This document shows, piece by piece, positions 10,467 to 21,672 of a stretch of DNA of 64,000 nt. The notes below the pieces were generated by a model. The model was not told where the DNA came from, ran no database searches, and saw only the letters and a list, made by a program, of their open reading frames with translations. The translations under genes and the position numbers were made by a program. This stretch comes from Yuukianura sp. NJ FZ-2021. Lineage: Eukaryota. The DNA lies in assembly GCA_046563655.1 (NCBI GenBank), contig CM102286.1, positions 12,090,001 to 12,154,000 of the forward strand. Direction: 5' to 3'. How positions within the stretch are numbered: the first letter of the stretch is position 1; the number at the start of each line of letters is the position of its first letter.

Positions 10467-13400
10467 TTAAGATTTAATAAGTTTTGCAGCCCTCTCATTA
10501 GCTCCAGATATCCTTACTTCATTTGACATAGCCTGAAACAAAAATCGAAATTATGTGACACTTTTCAAATTTTGATTAGTTCTTTGAATTTTTGAATAGA
10601 TTTTAACCGTACTTTGGCATTTATTCTGTCGATTTGTACGTTCTGTCCACCAATTTCTGATCCCATGTCTATTGCCATGTTACGCAGATTCCCAATCATA
10701 GTAGAGACTTCCGTCATGTTCTCTTCCATTTCATCTTCTCTGGCGTCATTTGTGATCCTATAAAGAGTTAAAATAACATTCGTAAAAACATTCTTTGAAC
10801 AATAATTTCAAAATTTCATTTTGAAGTAGTAATCTTTGATCTTACTTGGCAATAAATCCACCTTGTGCAGTCATTCCGTTTCGGTCATCTAGTACTCTCG
10901 TTGGCTGATTATTTACGACTTTCCCATCGTCATTTCCCTTCCACGTACCCGCATCTTCCTTAAAGTCGGATCTCCTACAAGTTAAAAAAATATTTTTGAG
11001 TCAAACTTTCCTACTTGTGTATTAACTGCTTAAACTTTTGTAGGAAACACTTAGCATAAAATCGGGTTCCACTTTCACCGGAAGTCTATTTTAAAGTTCC
11101 CCAGAACTAACCAGTTTTAAATCAAGTTTTAAAAAACTTCCGGTGAAAGTGAAACCAGATTTAAAACTCTCGCTGTATGTAACTTGTTTTTTCCACATTT
11201 CTGCTACTGTCCTTGACCTTTTCAATGTCTCCCCTACAAGGTTAAACCCACAAGTAAACAAAATTTTCCAAAGTACTTCACCAAAAACCACACTGCAACG
11301 CCGTGTACAACTTAAAGTCCAAAGCCCCTCTGGACACCGACTGGATTAAACCTGCTGAGTCTCTCTCCTGTGCTGCTTTCTCTCCTAAGCTTTCTCTTAA
11401 CCAACCTTCCCTAACATTACAAAAGTAGCCTAATCTTACTCATGTCACTCCAGAACATAACCATATCCCAAGTTCCAGGCAAGTGAACAGCAACAATAGG
11501 GTGAAAGCGTCTCTTTGGACTGAAAGTCCGGGAAATTCAAATCCCTCAATAAGACATGATGCTAATTATGTATTTCCGAATACAATGTAACTTTCTATAG
11601 CCTTGGTTCCTATTCGCAAGGACACAAAGAGATGCTCATTTTCGTACACAATTGGTTTTAGTATGCAATCTTTGTCAAGAAGATTTGTTATAAAAGGTTA
11701 CATAGGTTATCCTGCATCTTCTCAGTCTCCTATGCTAAGATACACCCTTCGTTCTTTCGTCTTGCTTTCACCAACTTTCGGTCTAAGTCCTCTGGCTTTA
11801 AAGCCCAATTTATACTTTTCGTTTCCCTGACGTTGCCCAGGGAAAAGTTTGTCGTAGGCGTCTATAACAACGGAATTTTAAATACAAACGTAATGAAATT
11901 TTTATTAAAATCGTGAACTACGACAAACTTTTTCCTGGGCAACGTCAGGGAAACGAAAAGTATAAATTGGGCTTAAGGGCCGTTTATACCGGAGCTCTGG
12001 ATGGATTTTCCTTCCACTGGACGTCCGGTCCAGTGGAAAAAATTTGTCTCGTTCATACCAGATTTTGGGGAAAGTGAGGGGTGGATTTTTTTTCCATGGA
12101 TGGATTTTCCTTCCAGTGGAAAAAAATCCAGGGACGCGGTATGAACGCTGTTTTTCCACCCTGGATTTCAGAAAGGCGCCTGCCTTTCCATTCAAAGTTG
12201 AAATGTGTCAACAAAGAGTTAATTGCTGTTTTCAACTGCTGACAACATCAAAATAACTAATTATAGTTAACAATGGAAGACTCAGGAGATATTGAAGATT
12301 CAGAGAACGTATGATACGAATTATACCAGAACATTTTTTCAGTATACATACAAGGACTAGCAATACTTGCACATGACAGATTAATTGTTACTCTCAGGTT
12401 AGCGCTAACCTCGTATTAGTAGGTTAAATTAAATGTTGATACGTTGTTAGGCGTAATTCAACCTATTTACTTTGACTAATTATTTAAAAAAGTAATTGAC
12501 ATTCCAAAAACTGTACTTTTGAGATTAGTTTCGTCATTCGAGCTTATTGTCTCAAAAGTTCCCATGTATGATTGGGGCACACTGCAAATTTGATGATCAA
12601 TCCAGACCAAAAGTTGAACTGAGTGAACTTTTGGTCTGGATCGTTTCTCCCATCTCTCAACATTACAAGAAAATCCAGTGGAAAAAATTTCCATGGACGG
12701 ATTTTTTCGGTGTGAACGATGGAAATCCAGTCCAGTGGAAAAAAAATCCACCCCAACTTTCTCTGGATGATCCATCCAGACGGATTAAATCTGGTGTGAA
12801 CGACTGGATTGCAGTCCAGTGGAAGGAAAATCCATCCAGTGGTCCGGTATAAACAGGCCTTTAGTCGTTTGGGAAATTATAGTACCTGCACAGACTTTGG
12901 AGGACGCCGGAGATATATTTTATAACTTTTACTTTCACCTGTTTTCCACGTCCTCAAAAAAATAGACTCCAAATTGTAGCAAAATTGGGAAAATCATGAA
13001 AGCGTGACTAGAAACCTCGAGTAAACAAGAGCGTCTCTCAAATAAGACAAAAACTAAGTTAATACCAGGATTGAGCAACGACCGAGAACAAAATTACAGG
13101 AAAAGCAACTACCTCATTGAAGTAGAGCCCTTAGCCTTTTTTTTTTAAACCACCACCTTAGAACCGCCTAACCTAAAAAAAAACGTCTAGCCTACCAAAA
13201 AAGACAGTAACGTTCTAGCTGTTGAAAGTTGGTTGTAACATGATGAAGATGCTTTCAGAAAAGTGGTTTTCCGCAAGAAAAAAAGTTCCACTAAAAAGTA
13301 AAATCTCATTTGCTTTATGTCTCTCTTCTTTTCTACCTCAACATCTAACCACCATGTCTCATTTTTTTTTCTCTATGTAAGTTCCTTTAATCAAGGATAT

Positions 13401-16400
13401 TTCTACAAATGAGACTTGTAAGGTTTGCTCCACTGAAAAAGTACTGCAAGTATCTACACAAGATAGATTTATAATTAAAATCCGTTCCTCAACTAAAAAA
13501 AATAACGAGCACAAGCACAATTTTTTTGGGAGCAACACATGTTAGGTTAAGTCGGTTAGCCTAACCTAACATTTTCCCCAGAAAGATTTTCCCTCTCGAA
13601 TTTTCCGTAGAAAAGAACATTATCCTGATTCTTTCTTTTTCTTTACTTTCTCTGTGACATCCTAACGATGTTATTTCTGCCTCGTTCATGCCAACGTTAA
13701 TCCTGTTCCTTTTGCCTCTCATTTCACCAGCACAGAGCAACTCTTATTGCCAAGTTCTCAAAACTCTCCAACTGTGGTGAAAGTGAGCGGCTCCACTTCA
13801 ACGGCAACGATTTCACAGAATTTTGCAATAAAGTTGTCGTTAGAGAGAATATTTTGTTGAATAAAATCGAAATTGAACAAACATTTGTCTCTGTACGTAA
13901 AGTTATACATAACATTTTCCTTCTGGAACAAAACCCAAAGGAGAAAGTATGGGAGTCGTTATGTTACTACGTTACCCTAGTCTAACCTAACCTGAATAAT
14001 TTACTGCTAACGTCCAATCCAGTACTAGTCCATTTCAAACCACATACGCATTCACTCACTACCCGGAGAAAGCAAAATCCGCATTTTGTTTTTAGTTTTA
14101 CTCTGAAATTTGACTTGTAGCGAGCAACTAAATTAGAGCAATAACTCCCCTGCGGGAAGCTGCCATTTTTTGTTCTTTCTGCCCCATTTTTTTCGTTCTT
14201 TTAAGCCTATCAATTTAAACTGTATTTTTTCTAAACCGCGTAGCACTTACGTTGCATTACACTAGAAAGAAAATTACAAAAAAAATCAATTTACTTGTGC
14301 CAAGGTAGTACACACAGTCCACAGCATTTCTCCATTCCAGACAAATTCTTCTCAGCTTCTTTCATGTCTGCATTGATTTGGTCCATTCCCTCTTCAATCC
14401 GATCCAATTGTTCTAATACCATAGGAAAGAACATATAAAGAAATGTTACAAATTGAAAACCAAAGTACAAGAACATAAAATTGAATCAAAGCATTTAGAA
14501 AAGCTCAAGAGCGTGACTCAGTAGCTAACAAGTCTTCCATTTTCAATACACTATGTAAGTTACATCTTTCCATTTCCAATAACTTGCATTTTTCCATTTT
14601 TCCATTTTCAATACGTTACATCATGGGACTTACATCTTCATCTCCAAAGATGTCTTCTCATGAAACAAGCAAACGTTAATTTCAATTTAATTTAGACTTC
14701 AATAGACTCGCTTTGTCCCGGAAATTATTAATTTCCCTCCAATTCAATACGTATTCATCATCTTCGCTTTAGTTTTCCATTTCCTTAGTCAGAAATGCTT
14801 GTTTTGTAGCATTTCTGTGATAAGGTAGGCTATGTTTTCTTAAAACTTTAAGGAAAGTGATACTTCCTTTCTCGAGACAAATTCAACTTCCTATAGAAAA
14901 CAGGAAAGAAGATCTTCCTGAAGGTATCCAATGGAAGACTTGTTAATTAAATGTCACAACCAGGAGAGATAGAAGCAAAAGTACATACAATATACTTGAA
15001 CTAAACTGCTTAAGCAATTCCATGAAACGCGAAAAGCAAACTAATGACACACAAACTGTAAGCTTTTTGGGCTTTTGAGGACATAAACAGAAGCAAAACG
15101 TTCTCAAGTTATAATCGATTTGTGCCAAGCAACATTCTTCTACTTTCGGAATTGTTACACAAGCGTCAAAAATTAATTTGTAAGAACAACCAAAACTGTA
15201 ACATAGTTCTAGTTCCACAAAGTGGGTTTGTTATTTTGAATTTGAAATGAGGTAAACTACGGAATTACCGTATTTTCCCAAATAGTGCACACCGGTGTAT
15301 TAATTTTGTTTCCAGTGGTGGTGTACTAATAGGGACCCAGTGTACGGAGCACTATTAGGGAAAGTACGGTATCTTATTACGGTAACCGTACATACCACGT
15401 TGCTTGCTAATAGAAACTAATCAATCATTTCACCCGCTGGCACCTCTGTAAACTTATTTTCGCACAAGAAAGCTCAATTTACTTTTTTTTCTGGGGTGAA
15501 GTTATTTTTTTTCCGTTCGCGCCTATGGCGCATGCTTCTCAACAGGTTGAAATAAAACACGTCTTCAACCGCGGGCTTTATAAAAATGAGACAAAAGCTT
15601 TCTATTCTCCGAAAACACCTTCTCAAATAGCACTCGTAGGGGATATCAAGTTCCTTTCCTAAAACTCGTAATTTTCGACATAAAAATAGGAAAGAGTAAA
15701 ATGAAAATAAAAGTTTTTTTTGTTTCATAACAAAGATTTTTTTCATGAAACACTCAACACTGTAGTCCTTTAACGCAATAAGATTCGTGCGATAAACTTT
15801 AGCCACCAATTTAAAAGTTAGCGCTACTCGCGTCGGCCCGGCCTAGCTTTTGTTATTGTACTTTTCAAGTATATTTATTCGGTTTAGAATTTCAAAAAAA
15901 ATTTCTTCTCAAGAATTTAGATGAAAAGTTTGAGAAATATGAAAGAACGTTTTCAAATTGCGTTTTAATGGTCGTTAATCATACAAAAGAAACTGACGTT
16001 GACGTAATAAGTCTTCCCTAATTAAGTATCGAATTTCTCACATCTATTTATATTATGCACAATATAACTCCGCTTGTCCGCTTAAAACTTTTCCACTTGC
16101 CGAAGTTATATATGGAAATTGAGAAGCTCTGTCAGTTACTACCCACGCTTCTTCGAAAAATCTTCAAACAGAAGTACTGACGACAACCAATTGGTTACTT
16201 TCGGGTTCCGTTACAGCAAATAGCAAACAATTCATAAGCAAAGCCAAGCAAAGTGCCGTAAACTGAATTCAGACACAGCAAAATGCCACAACTAAAACAA
16301 TTAACTTAACACAAATAAAATTAATTAATCCTTCTAAGCTACCTACACCGGTTTAAAAAAATTCAAGGACGAGGGCAAGAGCAGAGTAACAATTTCAAAA

Positions 16401-19400
16401 AAAAATGCACCACAACCGCAACTACCGACAAACTACAAACTTTGTCTAATTTCTAAAACAAAGGGGTTGCATCTAAAATAATTATTTCCTCAACTAAAAA
16501 AACACAAAAACAAAAAAAAATGCAATACCGCCTTGTACGTCCAGCATTTGCAGAGTCCTCGCACCAGAATCTTGGCTCTACAAAAATTCAATGCATGACG
16601 AAAAAATAAAAAAACAAACACAAAAATGGCTATTTTCATGTTTACTAGTGATGCAACGGGTACGAAGTACTACGTCGTTACTTCGTGCGAGTAGATGCGA
16701 GTACGAGTAATCGCTAAATACTCGTACTTCGCAACTCCAGTACTTCGCACTCGCAAAAAATTCAACGAGTACCAGGCTAGTACTTGCTTTAAACCAACAG
16801 CAACTTTATTTTTCAATTTTCTTCAAAATCCTTAAATTGTTATGCAAAAAAGCTAAGGTTTCTCCACGAATAGGCAGAAGTCGATTCCTTTTGTCTTCGT
16901 AGATTGTTCCTTTCTCTGAGAATAACCTTTCCCTGCTAATTGAGCTCGCTGGCGCTGACAGAATTTTTTTTGCAGCGACGCTGAGTGTGGAAAAAGAAGA
17001 ATGAATTTGTGCCCAAGTCTTAATCATCCCTCTTTGTTCTAGGCAGTTTAGCATAACAGTCAATTTCGCTCTAAAAAATTTCGGAATTTTTTTTTCAAAA
17101 TTTTGAAAAAAAAATTTTTTTCCCCGAATTGCATGAAAATCGGTTTCTAGGCTAATGTGAGTATGCTGAACACGATTCTGAAAGAATTTTTCAAAAACTG
17201 TCTTTTTTTCGGTTTCCTGATTTTAGGTTAGCTTAGGTTACTGTCCCTGGCAACCTAACTTGAACAAAACCTTGGTGTTTTTCTACTGGGCGATCAGCGA
17301 AAAATACGAACGCTTTTGCAAAAATCTCACATCGCCCCAACGACATGTGAGATTGTTTGAACAATAAGAGAAGGTTTATTAACTAAAAAAGTTAAAAATA
17401 TGTCAAATGTATTTAAAACGGACTTTTAAAAAAGCAGGAAACGTTCATAATTAATTTTCCAGTTTCTTTAAACGTCATTTGTTACATTAATTTGAAACAT
17501 TTTAAACTTCGTTAGTTATATTGTTCAAACAATCTCACATATCGTTGGGGCGATGTGAAATTTTTGCAAAAACGTTTGTTTTTTCGCTGATCGCCCAGTA
17601 GAAAAACACCAAGATTTTGTTCAAGTTAGGTTGCTAGGAGTAGTAGGTTAGGTTGGGTTTTTTTGAAAAATTCTTTCAGAATCGTGTTCAGCATACTCAC
17701 ATTAGCCTAGAAAGGGCCTTTGTTATTGATTCTTAACTTTAAAGGGATTGGAACGTGTCGACAAACTGTCGTTATATACACGTGAGTTCGCATTCAGTTT
17801 GACCATGTTGTACTCGCGATTACTCGCGCGAGTAATGCTACTCGCGGGTAGAGAAGTCGTCTCTACCCGCCAGTAATTGTACTTCGCAACTCCGTACTCG
17901 TTGCATCACTAATGTTTACGAAAAAAAACACAAAATAACTAAAAAATGGTTCAACGTCACTGCCGTTGTTCCAAGTATCAAAAAATATTCATTCAAAATA
18001 CAAAATAGACCGTACTCATAAATTTCATATTCTTGCAAAAATTTTCTAAAACGAACTTAAACCTAAATGTGTCCTACAACCTGATAGATTACTTACTACT
18101 CTAATCAAGTAATTTGTTCAAAACTCAATTTATGAAAATATGCAATTAAACTTGTGAAAGCAGCATTTTTCTTAGCAAAAATTGATAGCTAATTTCGGCT
18201 GCTAAAAAAAGTTGCATAAAATTGAATGTACAGAAGAACCTCTCTTATAGCAACTTGCTCCGGGGAGCACACCATTTCATCAAATCAATTACAAAGAAGC
18301 GATTTTCGTCAAATGAATTTCCCCGAAACAAATTACAACGAGAGTCCTTTCATCACAACGCAAGGTGATTTACTCCGAAACGTTATATTAGATAAAAAAT
18401 CAACGACGATGTTATAGTACATGTTAATTAATACTATTAATAGTAAAAATAGTTGTTAATTGATATTAAGCTAAAAATCACGGCGTTAGATTTGTTAAGT
18501 TAGGTTGTTAGTTTCAGATTGCTTATATTAGAAGAACGGAGATATTAAGTTTGGCTTGGCTGGTTAAACAACTATATGTTTCGGTGTAATTCACCTTGCG
18601 CGCGGTAAATGGTTTCGGGGAAATTCATTCGGCAAAATTCTCTTCGTGTGAAATTCATTCATTCATTGAAATGGCATGGTGCCATCGCTGCGATACCGTA
18701 AAATCCATGATTTTACATTGAATCAGTCGCACCACCCTCAAAAAGTTTTAGCTCCCTGCAAAAACGTAGGTTTGAAGGTCTCTCGGCAGTCGCGAAGCAT
18801 AAAAATGAGTTGCCATAAGAGAGGTTCTTCTGTATTGAATTTTTTATTAAGTTTGGATTTACTCTCCGCATCAAATCCGCTCTCTTCATCCTTGTATCAG
18901 ATCCCTAGCACTTAAACATGGACAGACAACTTCTTGAAGTAGGTCGCAAAGATGGTTGTCAAGTATAATTCGATCGTGTGGTGTAATGGTTACAGCAGGG
19001 AACGAACACGAAAGAAGCTGGTGGTTTTTGGTGACGTGTTTGTGTTTTTTGTGAAGGAGCAGGGGAAAAAACACGACAACAATCAACAACAATTACAATT
19101 TAGTTTCCATCAATTTGAATATTAAAAGCGTGATTTTTATGTTAGTACATCACATTGAAATTGGAATAAAAAATGTTTCACAAACTGACCTCCCTGATCG
19201 TCTAAACAGACGAGCGTTTTTATGCCTGCTTCTTTGCTCTAGATTTTTTTTTTTCGAAATCATCATTAGATCGAGTAGTGTGTTGTAGCAAGTTGTGGAA
19301 GTGTAGTAGCACAAAGAAATAAATTCAAAAAACAGAAATGAAAGGAAGAAAGTTTTCAATTGTGTTCAAAGGCATTACTCAAAAACGCAAAGTTTAATTT

Positions 19401-21672
19401 TGAAAAACAAAATTAGAAAATGAAAACCTTGGAGGCTAATGTTAAACATTACACAATTCAGCATTTCTAGTTTTGGCATTCTAAATTCTAAAAGAAAATG
19501 TTTTTCAGCAGTGAAAATTGGAAAGTGAAAATCAGAAGTGAAAATTTTCAGAGAGTTTGTGGTTTTAGTGTTGGAGAAAACTGAAAATAAATTTCAAAAA
19601 GTAAGTTTTATGAAAACTCGGATAGGCAACAGTTGGTTTTGTGCTTTGCTTTGTGACTTTAACGTTACTAGGGTACGTTTCTTTCTATGTATGCTGGATC
19701 GATACACTAATTCCTTTCTACTACTTCTCAACTTTCACCGTTTCATGCTCCATTTTTTATAAATTATAATTGATTTGACATTTAGATGTTTTCGATTTCA
19801 ATCAACTTTGATCTTCCTCTAAGCAACTCTAATCTACTATTGTGAAAACTTTTTTGAAACTTGTCATTTTTTAATACAAGAAGCTTAAAAAGTTTTAATA
19901 AATCATAGTTCCGTGTATGTTGCTAATCATTTTTTCCTCAAAATAATTTCCTTTACGTGATGTTACTCTTTTTTGCTTTGTGTTTGTGAACGTAGGTGGG
20001 TCATGCAATACTAAACACAAAAAGGAAGTGTGTAATAAAACCTACGATGAAAGTGAGTTGCAAAAGGTTTCCTAAATATTTCCTTTGACATTTCCCATTA
20101 ATTGACCTCACTTGACATTATTTATGAGTTCCTACAGCACGCGCCAAAATTTAGAAGAAAAAAAAACAATAATAAATATGTCGAAACCAAAATAAAAACA
20201 GAAAGCGAAATTGGACAAAAAATTTTTTTTTCCTTACCTCTTCACATAACTGTCTCATACGCCTCGTACTTTCCAGGGACTGAAAATAAGAAAAACGAAT
20301 TAATGTGTAAGATTCACAACAAAATTTCAATTTCCCACAGCATTTCACAATTTCGTACAAAAAAACAAAACCAATTTCTGAAAATGTCACAATCCGCACC
20401 CTATTTTCCAAGTGATCCACTGTAGCAAATGAGTAAATTCTTCTCCCCGACATTCTTGTTGTTGCTCAAAACCAAAATTTCAGAAAAACTTTCTCTTCGA
20501 AAAAAATTTTCTCTTCGGTCTTGAGTTTGAGACGTAAACAATAGCAGAAAAAACTAGGAACGCTAGAAGCTTTACTACAATTCTTGCAACTTTCAATTCC
20601 TTCTCATCTCAAATTCAATTAACGCAGAGTTAAGAAAAGTAAAATAGTAAAAAGGAAACTGTATTTGGAGCAATCCTGAGGTTTTTATGACTGAACGTGA
20701 AGATTTTATGAGAAAGGAAACGACTAGGGGAATAAAACGCTAAAGAAAGCAGTGGATTTTGGTCTCAAAGAATAACTGCTGTCATTGAATCGACGAGCAA
20801 ACATGAACTACTGGTTGGATTCAATGGAAGATTTGAAGAAGGAACAAGTGAAAGCCAGAAAAAGAATAAAAGTTCAACAGTGCGCAACCACCTACCCTAA
20901 AACCTAAACTGTGAAACTACTTCTGCTACTTGAAGCTGGAGAAAGCACCTTGCCATACGTTCCCGCCAACCAACAGAACGAGATGAATGTCGCTTTGAGT
21001 CGATCTGCACCACTTTCTCTTGGACGACCACCGTCGTTTTACTTGGCTTTCTCCTCACAACCACATAAACCATCTCCACCGCTTGAAAACTGTGGCAAGG
21101 CAATCCACAGATGAAAATCATATGAATGGGTCCTTCAGTTTGCCATGGAGAGGAAGTATATTTTTAGCACAAGATTCGAACTAGTTATGAGAACTAAAGC
21201 AGAAAACTTGCCAAGCATCCAAGCAAGCATTACAGGTGTCACTTTTTCTGTACAAGTATTTTGACAGTATACACTTTCTCTTTACAAGTATTTTGACAGT
21301 ACACTTTCTCTCTTTTGTTTCAAACCAACCAAGCGGCAATCAGTACAAGAAGACAGGAGTGGAGAAAGGGGGGACAGTAAGAACAGGAAATGACAAGATT
21401 CCATTTTCATTTTCGTTTCATTTCCACAAAAAAAAACGACAACAAAAAGAAATACAACTTTCACCGCCAAAACGTATAACTCCAACTTAGTTTTTTACTG
21501 CCTGTCTACTTCAATGAAATATAACCAAAAGCAAAAAATAGGGCAGAACGAAAAAGAAAAATGGAATGAATGGATTTTTTTCTTCATTTTTTCTTACCTC
21601 GTCCACTACTTGATTGGATTTCATTTGATATCTCTGCAGTTCAGACCGCGGATCTTCTCTGTCGGACGCCAT
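10467..21672 (-). CDS. SNAP25: Synaptosomal-associated protein 25, 207 aa, 7 coding exons (21598-21672, 20238-20279, 16529-16577, 14295-14412, 10846-10974, 10613-10757, 10467-10532)
   Basis: Spliced protein [119 protein letters not shown]...[14 protein letters not shown]...[13 protein letters not shown]...[21 protein letters not shown]. Exon sizes 42/49/118/145 nt match the conserved SNAP-25 layout. Confidence 0.95.
11802..11973. mobile_element. PIF/Harbinger-like MITE, 172 bp hairpin
   Basis: About 56-bp near-perfect TIRs AGCCCAATTTATACTTTTCGTTTCCCTGACGTTGCCCAGG...; TAA on both sides (11799-11801, 11974-11976). Confidence 0.85.
11976..12860. mobile_element. PIF/Harbinger-like non-autonomous element, 885 bp, with subterminal repeats
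   Basis: TIRs AGGGCCGTTTATACCGGA...TGGATGGATTTTCCTTCCACTGGAC and GTCCAGTGGAAGGAAAATCCATCCAG...CCGGTATAAACAGGCCT; TTA flanks at 11973-11975 and 12861-12863; repeated TCCAGTGGAAAAAA motifs at both ends. Confidence 0.85.
15268..15369. mobile_element. Tc1/mariner-superfamily mini-MITE, 102 bp
   Basis: TIRs CCGTATTTTCCCAAATAGTGC and GCACTATTAGGGAAAGTACGG, with TA on both sides. Confidence 0.75.
16646..17911 (-). mobile_element. hAT deletion derivative retaining the 3' end of the transposase (dimerisation domain)
   Basis: Perfect 8-bp TSD ATGTTTAC (16638-16645, 17912-17919); TIRs TAGTGATGCAACG(G/A)GTACG; subterminal TACTCG/TACTTCG repeats; ORF 16806-17063(-) [37 protein letters not shown] is the hATC motif. 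Confidence 0.93.
17144..17713. mobile_element. Foldback / long inverted-repeat insertion nested in the hAT element
   Basis: TTTCTAGGCTAATGTGAGTATGCTGAACACGATTCTGAAAGAATTTTTCAAAAA at 17144 is mirrored ending at 17713; a second arm pair of about 120 bp lies at 17245-17365 and 17518-17640. No clear TSD. Confidence 0.75.
18231..18832. mobile_element. pogo/Tigger-like MITE carrying a nested imperfect inverted-repeat element (about 18265-18683)
   Basis: TIRs CAGAAGAACCTCTCTTAT(A/G)GCAACT with TA on both sides (18229-30, 18833-34). Inner arms share GAATTTCCCCGAAAC and CGCAAGGTGA(T/A)TTAC(T/A)CCGAAAC in opposite orientation. Confidence 0.8.
21251..21311. repeat. Tandem duplication of about 31 bp (TACAAGTATTTTGACAGTA(TA)CACTTTCTCT) in a SNAP-25 intron
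   Basis: Two adjacent copies starting at 21251 and 21283. Confidence 0.8.
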
